From: Laetmonice hystrix
Taxonomy: Eukaryota
Direction: 5' to 3'
DNA length: 64,000 bases
Assembly (NCBI GenBank): GCA_965235115.1
Contig: OZ249446.1
Location: forward strand, 21,266,001 to 21,330,000
The notes beneath the pieces are model-generated. The model saw only the letters and a list, made by a program, of their open reading frames with translations. It did not search any database and was not told the DNA's origin. Positions 24,965 to 39,900 of the stretch are shown here, piece after piece. Position numbers and translations under genes: made by a program. Each line of letters opens with the position of its first letter. The first letter of the stretch is position 1.

Positions 24965-27900
24965 ATGGGCAGCCAGTTGAGTGTCCCTGAGGAAGAGAGA
25001 ACGCTCTCTCATTCATCATCCATCTGGTATCAGTGTAAGTCGAACTTTTTATACTTAGGAAGTGTATATTTAGCCAATGCCAACGTCCAAATAAGATTAT
25101 CTTAGTTTGAGTAATGACCGAATCCAAGCAAATTGCTTGGATTAGGGTCAGGACTAGGGTTAGTTTTATTTTTGTCTCAAATTATGTGGTAATTAGGTGT
25201 TAATTAGATAGTACCCTAATTCATACCTGCCAACCCTTCCGCATTCTGCGGAATCTTTCCGCATTTGAATGAGGTATTCCGCATTCCGCATTACTCTCTA
25301 AATATTACGGAATCATAAAATTTACAGAATAAGTATAGATTCCCTCCAAATACATGTTAAATCTCTCGCTCATGGCAGAGTTTCACTGGCAAAAAGATCG
25401 TTTATGGTCCCTGCCATATAACTAGATCTCTAAACTAAGTTTATTAAATCAGAGTTGTGCTTTCTGTCAGTAATGGAGAGGAAGAGAGAGAGATGAATAA
25501 AAGAAAGGGGGCCCATATAAGTTATTTGGAGAGAATATCAAAAGTCAATTTGGGATGATTCCGGATTCTGTCGACCAAATGTTGGCAGGTATGCCCTATG
25601 AGTTATGTAATGATATGTAGTATGTAGATCCTTTGTAAGTTTGAACTCGGCCATAGATACAAAGTTTGGTTCCTTGGAGATGATGTAATGTTACGTTTAT
25701 CATTGCAGTAGCAGAATGCAGTATAGACAAAGTCATCATCGCGTTTGGCCATCTAGAAACCCGGCACCTGACTTCAGACAGATATGTCGAGCCAACAACA
25801 CTGTAAGAAGCTCAGATCTTTTCTTTCTCTGGGTGGAGAGAATTTGGCTTTGCCTCCTTTAAAATAACTTTTGCTTGCCATGGCACTGACATGTTTAAGG
25901 CCACTTCTGCCATGGCCCATGCTGATATTCAGGCATGTCAGTGTTTCAGAGATCCGCCCAATTTCCGAGAATTGAAATTGGCCCAAATCTGAGGAATAAA
26001 AGCCTAGCTAGGCCTAATTCAGAGCCCAAAAACATAGCATCAAGCGCATTTTTGCTGACACCATGCACACCTAGATATCTTCCATCAATACCGTGCCGTC
26101 CTGGACACCCTCACCGGCCTCGGAAGGGCCGAGGAAGAGCGTCAACACGTGCTTCTGTTTACAAAGTTTCAGCATCAGCGGAGAACTTTGCGTCCGCTAA
26201 AAATCTACGGAGTGAATGGTGTCTATCTGCTCTGCGATTGGCTAAAAATACATGGAAATTAAGACTTAAGTTGATACTATTTCCTCCAATGAGAACGCGT
26301 CGTTTATTCTCTGCCCTATTTGTAAACACAAATGTCATGGCGCCGACTGATGGATAGTGGTGCAAGCGTGTTGATCCACGGGATCCACGTATTCGTCTGG
26401 GTGTTACCCAAAATCTAAGCCAAAGGAATGGAAAAGTCTATTTGAAAAAATTCTATTTGGCCTAGTTGAGGGGATAAGAGGTGGTAGGTTTGATACCTAG
26501 GCTAAGCGAATCAGTCATGTGCACTAGTCGGCTGGCGGGCGTCTGGCTGACAGTGCCGGGAGAGGTGGTGTCGCTGCCTGGGGTGAGGTGTGAGTTGATG
26601 GGGGAAAACATTGCAAAATACGCCTTGCAGATCAGACAACCCAGACCTTGCCATTATCAGTCTGCCCCAAGTCTGGAGCAGTGATTAGGTCTGCCCAGCC
26701 TAAGATGGTTCCAAGTGAAAGTGAAAAAAATAATTGAGGATTTAATTTTTTTTTCTTAATTTAAAACAATTCTCCCCGGTTGAAAACCTTCATTTTTTTA
26801 TGTTTTTTTTTTTCAGTAAAATGGGGGGGGGGGGGGGTTATTACAGCTGCCAACAATTTTCAGAGAATTTTGGTCTGGGCCACTGACATGCCTGTGATAT
26901 TAAAATATGAAGGTTTAAAAAAAAATCCTCATCTATTCTCGAAAATCTGTTCAAAGAAATGAATGACTGCCATTTTTATCCATGTGCAGTGCTTTTGGGC
27001 TTCCATTTTCTGTCTCGACTGCAAGCAAGCTGGTGGGCATATTTACGGACAGACATGGCCGAGGTGACTGGAAGAGTTGTTTTGGTAAGTTCTAATTTTG
27101 GTTATAAAGAAAGTGTTGCATTGGGCCTTATTTCATAAAAAAGACTATTTTCCTTCAGACATACCACATCAGACATACATAAAGCAGTGTTCTCCACAGG
27201 GTCGGGCCAAGGTCGGGCGGCCCCATGTGACGAGCGCCGAAGGCGCGCGAAACGAGTGCCGAAGGCGCGAGCTGTTTGTTTGGGGGGGGGGGGTCTGGGG
27301 GTCTTCCCCCAGAAAATGTTGAAATGTAGAAGCCCGGAGATGCGATTTCCCGGCATCTGGGAGAAAAAATGACTGCTCTCGGAAGGCACCCCAATCGGGA
27401 TAGGCGAGTTTAGACGATTGGAATGGATTTTAAGGTCGGGCGGTCGGCCACCAAGGTCGGGCGGTCGTGACCAAGGTCGGGCGGGCCGCTGCCAAGGTCA
27501 GGCGGCCCGCCCAACCTTGGAGCCTTGTGGAGAACACTGATAAAGGAATTAAAGAATATCTCGCATTTTAATGACTTCAAAATGCAGACATGGGCTGTTA
27601 GGTTAGATAAAGCTTAGACTACATAAATTTATGCACAAATGTATACCCAGGGGCAATGAACTGAGGAATTTCATGGCATACCTGCCAACCATTCCGATTT
27701 GATTGGATTCGTTCCGATTTTCATGTTTCCAGATAGCAAAAAATTGGAACGTTCCAATTTTCGAATTTTCAGATCGCAATATATAAATCAAATAATGTGA
27801 ACTTTTTTATCAAAACAGCCTTTCTGTAGCTTTAAAAATGCCCCAAACCCAGGAGCTCATGGCAGCTCTGCATCCTGTACCCCTGTCGGGGCAGGGGTGC

Positions 27901-30900
27901 CAGAAGCAAATTATTATTGGGGGGGGGGGGGGCGAGAGAGCTGAAGCGAAAGTCATAGGCTACAACATGTCTAGTAAAGCAGGGTCGGAGGCCCTCCCCA
28001 AGAAAATTTTAAAAACTACATGCCCTTTTGAGGCAGGATTTTTTTATGTTTTGAAGGAGTGAATGAATAGATTACAATGTATCATTAGGACAATCGACCC
28101 AGTCTTTCACGCACCCAAGTCATAGTTTCAACAGACCTACTGTATGTGGAAAAACCTGCCTTTTTTCATTCATGATCACAGATTATTGGGGGGGGGGGGG
28201 CGGGGCGATGCCCCCCCCCAACCAGTTTATTGAGGGGGTAGTCGCCCCCCCTCCCCCCTATCCCCCCCCCCGGCGCCTATGGTCGGGGGCCTAATTGGAA
28301 CCCTCACAGGTAGTGCTCAGATTTCTGGTTTTCCAGTGATGGCTGGTATGTCATTGGTCAATGCCAGGTGAACAACCAGCCATGAGACGTTCACTTCATG
28401 GCAACAACAGGCAACTGGAATGTTAAATTTCATTTGATTTCTCCATTTCTTTGGACCCATTCATTGATTTTTATTGTCTAAGGCCTTATCTAACCTAACA
28501 GCCAATATCTGCATTTTGAAGTCATTGAAATGAGAGATCTATACTCTATGATTCTGTGATCTATTTCTTTTTGCTTACATTATTTTTGATTCAAACATTT
28601 TTTAAGATATTCTGGAAATAGCTTTGAGTGGTCTCCTATATCTTTGTACACTGACAGTGATGACTACAAAGGTGTTATTGGTGTGTGTTTTTGTCCTCAG
28701 AGGTGCTCGTGTTTCTGGTGGAGGGAGCCCCAGATGCCAAACTTCGCTTGCTGTTTGATATCGTAAGTACTTGTGACTTTGTGTGGCAGCAATTCGTTCT
28801 GAACAACACACTTGGAAGAAGGTTCATTCACTAATATGTAAGATATTTATTAACAACTTGTAACTAACTAGTAAACTAACTGGTTTACTGACATAGAGTG
28901 GATTTCAAAAACTTAGAAAAACATTTTAAATAGAATGATAGTTTTTCAAAAAAATCATAACAGCTCCTATTATAATATTTATCAATAATACAATAATACT
29001 GGGTGCTGACTAGCTCACTTAGGAATGATTGCTTCCTTTAATTAAAGGGGTTCTGTGTGATAAACTGATGTAATATTTTGGAACCAATTTAATACCTTAT
29101 TTTATTGGTATACATTATTTTATTATTTGGTCTGCAACATTTAGTATAAACCTTTTCACAGTTCCTGGATATAATTATCAGTGATTGCTGTGTGTTTTAA
29201 ACCGTAGTATTTAGTACAGGTCGGTTGAAGGTCAGTCATATTTCAAGGTACAGTTACTGTCGCTGCTTGGCTTATTATGTTATTGACTGATTTGCATGCT
29301 CTTTATTCATGCAGTCCCATTATAAATGGTAAACCGTTGGCTTTAATGGCTATTATTGAAAGGAAATCGGCATTTTGTTGTGGGGCGTGCCAGTAATGAA
29401 ATAAACTAGACTAGTGGAATGGAGATCAGGTCTAAAAACATCTTGCCAAGCATGGTACTTGGTAGTCGGATGGACGGACGCGCTTATTGAAACACCCTCC
29501 AGGGCCTGGTTCACGATCAGAAACAAATAAATTTTTATTAACTTTTAAAAATCGATGTTAACCAATCAGATTCAATCAAAATTGACCCAAGTTAAATTGA
29601 CTTGACTTTGAATCGGGCCCTGAACGTGGTCTTGACCCAAGTTAAATTGACTTGACTTTGAATCGGGCCCTGAACGTGGTCTTGACCCAAGTTAAATTGA
29701 CTTGACTTTGAATCGGGCCCTGAACGTGGTCTTGACCCAAGTTAAATTGACTTGACTTTGAATCGGGCCCTGAACGTGGTCTTGACCCAAGTTAAATTGA
29801 CTTGACTTTGAATCGGGCCCTGAACGTGGTCTTGACCCAAGTTAAATTGACTTGACTTTGAATCGGGCCCTGAACGTGGTCTTGACCCAAGTTAAATTGA
29901 CTTGACTTTGAATCGGGCCCTGAACGTGGTCTTAGAAAAAAATCATAAAGTTGCTAGGAATGGAGAGCGTTAATTGAGGATGTAAGGCATGGCAGGCTGT
30001 GATAGTTCTTAGAGAAATAAGGAAGTAAGCTTGCTTCAGATTATTGGTAACCTTAGACAGCATGTGACATAGACGGATGATCATATCATTTTGATCAAAT
30101 AACACTATTATATAGCATAAGAGCTATATATAGGGGATTGCTGTTAGCAGGAAACAAAGCCTGATACTAATGAGTAAGATTGTCAAAGAGATCCTCTCAA
30201 ACATTGTAAACAAATTACGAAAAGATTTTACAGCACTGTAAAGGTTGATTCATAATCTATTTGCTATGGTATCAAATGGCCACCAACCTACAAACTCAGA
30301 ACTAAGGACACTGCAAATGATGTCGTCGTCTGGCTGTCAAGACTACGAACCAGTGGCAATAGTTTCAGTGACCTAAAATTTTTCAGTCAGCGGAGGTAGG
30401 CTATTTAGCTGTGAACCAGGCTTTGTGCATCAAATTAGTGTGGTAACGAATCACAATTGGCCTTATTCCAAGGGATTTTTATATTGACAGGCCTGGGAAT
30501 AAAAGGTATGGATTTTTTCTTTCTGTGACTTTCAAATTTGCAATTTAAGCGACGTTTCCTTTGGAGCATATCTGAGATTATGGTACCGGTATGTCGTGTT
30601 TCTTGTGAGTAGGTGTTTAAAAATACTTGGTGTGGCTTCAAGCTTTTAGCTTGGTGTATATTTTTTATATACCCTGGTAGGGTACCCTGGTAGGGTATAT
30701 CTTCCTGTGATTATATGTGGTGGGGGCATGTTTTGCATGCGTTAAGGCCATTTAAAATTAATTTTTAGTTTTTCATCAGTAGATGTTGAAAAATTTGGCG
30801 GGGAGGGCATTTTATATTTTATATTTTATATTTTAAAATTTCACGACCTATCATGAAATAAGGTGATTTAAGTCCAATATTTTGTACAAAAAATCATCTG

Positions 30901-33900
30901 TATTCAATAAAACTAAATTACAATACAAAAATAGACCACTTTAGTTTTATACATGATCGGGAGATGGCGCGCGCACTCCGTCAACGATCTCTGGTGTATT
31001 CAAAGGTGAAAAAACGGACTTTTAAAGAAATATAAAATATTAAAAAAAATCGGGGCGGGCCTAAAAATCGGGACGGGCGGTGATGAAAAACTAAAAATTA
31101 ATTTTAAATGGCCTAAGACAAAGTCGAAAAAGTTTGAGAAAATTATTTTCTTGTTGAGTTAAGAGAAGCAGAAATTTACTGTTATATTCTGTATCAGGGG
31201 ACAACCGGCAACAAAGTAGTCTTTTGTGTCAAAAGTATCTGAGCCATGACTTAAACAAGTTGGGGGGGGGGGGGGGGGGCGAACATTAGATATTTATTAG
31301 GGTGGGGCTGGGTTTTTTCTTGGGAATATTTTTTTATTTCAAAGAAAGGACTGCCTCAATTTCAACCCTCATGGCAAAATTTTATTTATTTCACATGAGA
31401 CTAATTATTTATTTCCAGATACTCATAACACATATTTTTTTTTTGACATGGCCAGGAAGAATTTATATATTTCACCAATTTTCCACCAGAAATTATTTAT
31501 TTCCAAAAACACTCCTTAATATCTAATGGCCACCCCCTTAGACAGGCCAGTTTGAACACCAGTCACATAATTCTAGACATATGAGTTCTGGGACGTTGGC
31601 ATAGTGCCAAGGGCAATGGTAAATGAGAACTAAAAATAGAATTTAGGAACATGAAGAAAATACTTAAATATTTATTTTTCCAAAATTTAATCACTATACA
31701 TTAGTCTGAGATTATGCTAATTAGTGTGAAAACTTAAATTTCTATGAATTCCGTAATTCTAAAGTCTTTTGTCATGAATATTGTGAACATCAAGAGAAAG
31801 CAATCTTGTCAGATAAAATTTAAGGTGTCTTTTATCAGGGGTAAATGTATAGGACCAAAGAACATGAGCATACATGTGCATGATATACTACAGGACATAG
31901 TTGGTGAATTATAATTAGGTTAGAAATATAATGGTGGTTAGTACAGTCAGACCTCGTTAATCCGTGCTTCTGTAATCCGGAGACCTCACAATCCAAACAC
32001 CCTTTCTGGCAACCTCTTCTACCATTTTCTATTTGAAATGATTCAGTAATCCGTATATTTCACAATCCGAACACATTTTAATGGGCACCAAGCTGTTCGG
32101 ATAAACGAGGTCTGACTGTATATATATCTCTGTGAATTATTATGTTGTGCAAATGTTTTTGCCAAATCATTTTCTATGCGTTTTCTTTTGTCTTGTTTAT
32201 GAATCTATATCAGCTTTTCAAAAATGCATAAATCTGTCAGTAAATAAATATTTGTAGATCGTTGTCAGGATAGCAAGAACAATATAATTCTACCTATGTC
32301 TGTCTGCGTGGTCAACGTGGATTTTCACGTTAAACAGTAAAATAAATGTCATGTCAAACAGGCATGTTCTCTCATATGTTTGAAAGGAACTGTAATACAT
32401 TGTAGTGCCTTTCAGTTTAGATTAGGAAGATAGTACACTAGGCATCATGGTGATGAAAGGACAAGTCAGCGCTGCATAATAAATGATATCTTTGGTAACG
32501 CTTGGCGAGGTGTGATATTAATACCCTGTAAAGATCAATGTAGAGTAGTGTTGAAAGAGACCATAAAGTCATCAGCCTACCAATACCAGCGCTGGTTTAA
32601 TAGATAGCGAGCACGCGACCCTTTACACCTGTATCACTGACTCACCTGTTCCAAACGTTACACAGACCGGCTGGAAGCCAGAAGATGTGATCCCACGCTC
32701 TCAACTTGAGTCACTCATTACTCGCTTACTCATCAACACAGAGAGGTAAGTCAATCGAGTTAAACACAGGTCTTTTACCTGGGGGAAAATTAGTTTATTT
32801 GCTTTGAGTTAATGACATTGCCATTGGTGTGACTTCATCGTTTTGTGTGGGGTGTCTTATGGTGTGAGGTATGGGTGTCCTTGCCGTAATAACTACATAT
32901 ACCCCCCACCCCTCCCCCCACATCACCACGGCGACTTGGTATAAGGCAGGTACCATAGGCAGGCACTGTCAGCAGGGAAAAATGGCATTGGGGTCATTGC
33001 ATCCCAGAATAGATGCCAGTGTCCGTTGTGACGGTTGTCACAACTGTTCAATGATAAACCTTAATTATTTTATGAACCAGTTGTCCAGCACAGTGCATCT
33101 TTGAGTTTCTCAGAATTATTATGCAAGTTGTTTTGGCACATGAATTTTTTGAAAGTCTGACTGTCTAAGGGGCCGTCCATCATTTTCATCATTTTCACGA
33201 GCGTACAGAGAGTACTTCCTTCCAGACCCCCCTCCCCCCCCTAAAGAGTACACACCATCCGTGAAAAAAATGATGATGACTTTTTACGGTACCCTGGTAG
33301 TGGTGTTTCGTACCACTTGTCATCGTCCCATGAAGAGCCATCATAAAATGAAATGGAGACACACCTAGAAACCTGGATAGATCTATGCTTTTTAATTACA
33401 AAAATAAAACATCAACCTCACAAGATGTATTCCCGCATTTTTAAACGTCCAAAAATGTCAGAAAAAAGTAATTAGGCCTACGTCATCGGGTCTGCCGGAG
33501 AAGCTGTACAGAGCTAGCCAGCAGCGCGATATTTGATTATCGGTCGATTCGCACTCTGTCAGTTTTTTTGACTACAGTCTAGAGTCCAGTTATAATTATT
33601 TTTAATGTAATAAAATACTGATATAACGAATTCGGCTATAGCCAAATTACGTCTATAACGAAGGCAAATTTTCCCCAAACTGAGGATTTTCCCAGTTATA
33701 ACGAAGTAGTAGGCCTAATGTGTCACTCTAGTGGCCCAGACAGAATAATTTTCGACATGAATTAAAAGGTGGGCCCTGTCCCTCCCCACAAACTGATTTC
33801 TTTGAAATTTTCAATGACAATTCCCCCATATATCCGCCCCTTAATTCCGAAAATTTGGTTAAAAAATATCAAAACACAAGCACTCTAAATTCATAAAAGC

Positions 33901-36900
33901 CGCCTGCCGCCCGCCAGAGTCTATAATTCCCGACTATTAATGAATTAAAAGGGACGCCCTGTCCCTCCCCCTGAACCGATTTCTTTGAAATTGTCAGCAC
34001 CAATTCCCCAATATATCCGCCCTTAGATCTAAAAATTTGGTTAAAGAATATCGAGAACTGTATAAATGCTGAACTTAAAAACACAGGCACCCCAAACTCA
34101 GGTATAGGCCTGAGCCGCCCATGCACCAGAGTCTTATTATAGGCTAATTCCCGACATGAATTAAAAGGTGAGCTCTGTCCCTTCCCCTGAACCGATTTCT
34201 TTGAAATTCTCGGCACCCATTGCCCTATATATCCGCTCATAGATCTGAAAAATTGGTTAACGAACTGTATAAATGCTGAACTTATAAACACAGGCACCCC
34301 AAATTCAGATAGGCCTATACAAGACGCCCGCCGCTCTTGCAGGGCGAGAGCTCTGGCGGCAAATAGTAGGCCTAGGCCTATATATTTCATCATCATTTTT
34401 TTCATAAAAGCGTACGCAGGGTCTAGACCCCCTCCCCCCCTTAGTACGGTTTGTACGCTCGTGAAAATGATGAAAATGATGGACGGCCCCTAAAGAAATA
34501 ATGCAAATCTGAATAAGTTACATACATGTGTACAGTGGGTTTGTTGAAATTCTGTGTGAATGTTTCAGTCACCATCAGATACATGATTGATTAATTGTGA
34601 ATTTAGATAAATCTCACAACATCTTTATATGGACACTGTGGTGACTTTATTTGATTCCCTACACAGATGAATTGCTAGAATAGGGTAACCCACCCAAAGT
34701 ATTACGGGTATACTATAAATAAAATGTAATATCAAGGTTTTAGGGAAAGTTAGACAGGTGGGGGTGTGGTAGAAGTGGGCGTTACGAGACGTCTGTGTCG
34801 TATGTGGGTGTTTGTATGTGTGTATAAACGTCCTCTACCTTGTATGTACATAATTATCATTCTTGCTTTATGTACCAGGTACATTTCTGTAACAGGATAT
34901 AACGTTTACAGCGGCTATAGCTTTTATTTCTGAACGTGTTTTCACACACGTTTGTTTCACAGAATGTTTACATGCCCCAGGGCGTCAGGACAGGCCACTG
35001 AACTGATTTATTGACCGCTCTCACCTTCACTTTGACATCATTTGATATTCACATATGATCGCTATTTCCTCCCGTGTCGCAGTTTCTCTTGAATTCTAGC
35101 ACAATGGTATTGGGATCACTAATGGTTCAGTGAGACCGACAAAGTGAATGGGGAAGTGGTTTTTGTGCCTGTGATCGGCGCTGAGTGATGGGTCATTCAA
35201 TATTGATAAAGGAAGCGAATTCATCAATGACAAAAAACCTGGAACCATGGGAACCACCATGGCTTTGTCCAACACCTGTAGCTTCAGTGGTGAGAAGGTC
35301 AGCGGTTGAGAAACTTTTCCACTTCCATTCTTAATTGTAAGGGACGAACAAAATGTATGGAAAATTGTTCTGCTGATGACGGGGTCTTTGTGATAGTTTA
35401 CAATGATATGTCAATATTGACTGTTATTATGCGGTGAGAAGGTTATAGTGTGACGCCGAGTTTTTTTTAGGTTTGGTGGTGTTGTTGGTTACGGTCCAAT
35501 TTAATTAAAATTAGATCTTGGTATTCCCCTTCTGGGCTGTGCTCGCATGAAGCGCATGTGAAATAACTAATATCTAATGTTAATTAGATTGGTTACGGTA
35601 AATATACAGCGGTGACAGAGTATAACGAAAAACTGCAATTAAAATGGTGGGACTGAGGGGCAAATACCCAGAGGTGTGTGTGTGTGTGTGGGGGGGGGGG
35701 CTCACACATAAAGGTAAAAATAAATTAATGGTAGATTAATATATTAAAAAAAAAATGGATGATAAAATACAGGATTTTTGGTCCATGTTTGGAATAAGGT
35801 TGATAAGCAACGGAAATTCTGAGTGTTTATGTTTGAACTTGCTAAAACTGGGACCAGGTTAGGACTGGTTGGTGTCCGTCCTCAGGTGACGTGTGTGTGG
35901 CCCATCCCGAGGCGATTCCCCCTCCCCCCGTCCCCACGTCCCCACGTCCCCGTCCTCCCTGTCCCTGTCTTTCCCCTCCCCGTCCCCGTCCTCCTCCCTG
36001 TCCCCGTCCTCCTCCCTGTCCCCGTCCTCCTCCCCGTCCTCCTCCTTGTCCCCGTCCTCCCCCCTGTCCTCCTCCCTGTCCCCGTCCTCCCCCTCCCCCT
36101 CCTGCTGTATTACGTGTTCCTTTGGTCCCAAACCCGAAACCTCACTTGTCTTATCCACATGACTGCCAGCCTTCTACATTGTGGGTCACTGGTTGTCATG
36201 GAAACGGGAAAACAACCATGGTGACTCGGGTTGATTAGTTCCGTTAATACCAATTATTGTGGCTTGGTCAATGAAAGGGTTTTAGGGCCATCACACTTTT
36301 CATTTATTAATGTACACCTGTAGGAGAGATGCCTGGGTAGGTAGGTAGGTTGTATATACGTGACGTACCGAGGGGACTTTAATTATATGTGTTATGTGAC
36401 AACAGTGTGATGTGTACAGGTGGCATTGTTCGGCCAGATTACCTTTTGGTGACCAGAAAAACCGAGTGTAACTTGCTGTTATTTCTGTGGAGTTTCAAGC
36501 TGACGTCAATATATATATTAAGGCGTTTAATGAATGTAACCCTAATAACACGCCAAGAATTTCTTTCTTTCAGGATTGTCAAGGCGGATGGCCAACTTCA
36601 GTTGACAGGTAAGTCCGAGGGATACTGGTTCTCCATCAATAGTTGTTATAGCAGCAGGTAAAAGAAATATGAAATGAATGGATTGTGTTCATGTCGCTTT
36701 TCATACACAGAGTACAGCTGTCACTGGTGTTATCATTGTTTCGTTATCTAGGACGTAGTTTACCTGATCTTGAGTACCTGTTGTGTTGACTGGTATCTCA
36801 TTAAGCAGCACATTTTTACGGCCTGTGATGCCTACTGCAAAGATTGACATTTTGTATTGAATTGCTCAAGGTTAGATTTTTTGAAGGGGGGTTCACACTT

Positions 36901-39900
36901 TCACGATAACGACCACGATATAGCTATCGTAGCTCTATCGTGATCTATCGTGATGCTATCGTGATATATCGCGGTCTATCGCGGTGTATCGGCATACTTG
37001 TCCTGAAAAGCTACGTAAATTTTGAACATGTTTAAAAATTACGTAGTGCTATCGTGCTGGCTGTATTCGTAGCTCTGTCGTAGGTCAACCGTAGCTCCAT
37101 CGTAGCTCTATCGTAGCTTTATTGGCAAAGTCGTAGTGTTATCATCACGCTGGAACACGACAGTGCCGACAATAACGATAGTTACGATAGTATCACCATA
37201 GAGGTACGATAGAGCTAGGAATACATACGACAGACCACGACAGCGTCACGAAGTACCGCGACAGGGCTACGATAGATCACGACAGTAATCCGATAGCGGT
37301 ACGACATGTACGACAGTCGTACTGCACTCGTAGACATCGTAGCTTTGTCGTCATATATCGTAGCTCTGTCGTACAATATCGTAGCTCTGTCGTCATATGT
37401 CGTAGTGCTGTCCTGACTGTCGTAGCGCTATTGTCATTTTCGTAGCTCTGTCGTCCAAATCGTAGGTCTGTCGTAGCTAGGTCGGCAAAGTCGCAGCATT
37501 GTCGTAGCTCGGCCGTAGCGCTATCGGCCTGATTTTCCGTAGCTCTATCGTAACGGTCTCGTAGTGCAGTCGTAGCTCAGTCGTACATGTCGTACATGTC
37601 GTGATTGTCGTAGGTCTGTCGCCACTGTTGTAGCACTGTCGTAACACTGTCGTAGCTCTATTTTCATTGTCGCCATCGACATTTCTTAGCACTATCGTAG
37701 CTGTATCGTGGTTATCGCAGCGCTATCGCAGCAATCGTAGCGCAAACGTAGCGCTATCGTGCTCATCATGGTCAATTTGAAACATTAATATCGTGGTCTC
37801 TCGTGGTCTGTCGTAAATGCCTTTTGTCGTGGTCTATCGTGGTCTATCGTGGTCGTAGTGCTATCGTGAAAGTGTGAAAATGTAGGAGAAATGAAGCGGA
37901 GGAATTTCACTGCGAGGCGAAGGAATTTCAGATTGTCTGTGAAGTACAACAGTTGAAAACAACTGATTTCAACACCATTCATTCAAAAAACACATTGTTT
38001 TGATGTAATGGATGGAGTTTTTTTTTGTCACAGGAATCTTCGATGTTCACACCAACATCGAAATAACCGTGAATGAGTTGGTGGGAGAAATCGAAGATTT
38101 TTCTGCCGGTGCGGGGATAACATACGATGTGTTAGAGCAATGGCTTATCGAGTCTACAGCTATCAGTTTTGACATGTTTAGCAAGGTAGGTTATAAAATT
38201 AGAGAATTTTAGAAAGAAATATTGCTCTTTTAGTGCTCCTAACTCATTCAAATTCTGACAAGTTTCAAAATTGATTTTTTTTTGCAGGATGACTTTCAGG
38301 CCACATCAAATTCTACTCCTGCCAGACTGAGCAGTGGAAAGGGTTGTTACCAATGGGATCAGTTACCGAGTGACAAGAGTGAGACCGTGCCATCCTCTCG
38401 GAGTAAACACGCGGTCACGTTTTACAATGGATTCGTATACCTGTATGGTGGACGAGACGGAAACCTCGGACTCAAAGATCTCTGGAAGTTTAACATTGGT
38501 GAGAAACTTGTCAAATTAACAAATTGTCAATATCATTCACAGTTAAAGTCCTGGCCCCGGTTTCAAGAAGGTGTTTAGGTTAACTAAGTTGGTTAAGATG
38601 AATTTGAACCATAGATTGACCAATCAGGAAACAGAGAATTAACCAATCTTGGTTAAAGTCAGAGTTAACCACGATTTTAACCAACATAGTTAACCACTTT
38701 CTCGAAACCGGGGCCTGACTGTCAGGTGATGCCTAGCCATGCCTGCAGAAATTCTCTCCATCGATTTAAAAATGTACTGAATTGTGATGATCTGTGCTTG
38801 ATTCCTACAGGCACCAACAGGTGGCAGCAGCTGTTGTGTCGGGGGGACAGGCCCCCCTTATTGCAGGATCATACCATGGTGGCACAGAAGGTAGAATTTT
38901 ACTCTTCCCTCTCAAAAATCTTGTTAATCTTACTGAAAGCTTCAAGTTGAGAAGAGTTTGTAGGTGTGGAATTTTGCTTTGTTTTTAGACAATTTATAAT
39001 CAGTTTCCTTAAAGGGAATAGAAAAGTTCAAACTATCAATATAAGGGTGTTCAGCATGAACAAGCTTGTTCTTACCTAAAATTCTGTGATTATCTGATCT
39101 TTAATAAAGGAATAATCAACCGAAATGTAGAGACATTCTCCCGCTGGCTTCGTCGGTTTGTTTACCCTATTTGGCCCTTATCTCAATCTAATAATAGATA
39201 TAGCTCCCGCTGTCTCGCGTGGGAAATAGCGAATGACCCGGGCGGTATTTTTAAAAAGTCGCCGTAGACAGTGTTCCACTTATGGGTGTGACCTTAGACA
39301 CTTTATATGGTGTTACTGGTGTTCAAAGGTACGTTAGTGAGGAACTTTTCTATTCCCTTTAAGACACTGTTTGATATGAACATTTTTGGACATTTTCAGG
39401 GGAAACTGTATGTTTTTGGTGGAGCATTTTCCAGTACTCACGAAGCACCCCTCTGGATCCTATCACTTGGTAAGATAAACTATATCAGTGAAATTCAAAC
39501 ATTAGACTCAGTTGTAATATCCAATCGAATTTAGTATTCTTCCATATTGAGTGATAGAATCTATCTGTCTATCTGGGAGTTTATTCTAGCTGCCATGGTG
39601 TGTAATTATCTCTTGCAGACTCTCTGGTCTGGCAGAAACATGACGTAGACGGTGAAGTCATGGTGCCGTGCGGTCGTCGTGGTCATACGGCCGTCGTTGT
39701 TGATAACGCCATGCACGTCTATGGTGGTTTCCTTGATCTGAAAGGATCGTCAAGTGAATTCTGGACTTTTGATTTTGGTAAGATGAGAAAGGTATATTGG
39801 TACTGAATAGAGTAACTCTGGGGGATTTTTTGAACATTTCCTGCAGCAAAGCCGAAAGTGTTAAAAAAATGGCTTTTCAAGTTCATAATTTATTATTTTT

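Noticed and set aside
25034-28701. Direct splice from exon 24965-25034 to exon 28701
   Set aside because: It would create a TAG stop; two intervening exons (25709-25802 and 26990-27084) restore the frame.
33869-34405. 178-aa ORF as a possible transposase of the 1.3-kb element
   Set aside because: It is a translation of internal degenerate repeats with no DDE or Myb motif; the element is non-autonomous.
35823-36238. Pro-rich and Glu/Asp-rich ORFs
   Set aside because: They come from a C-rich low-complexity tract, and no splice-compatible link to neighbouring exons was found.
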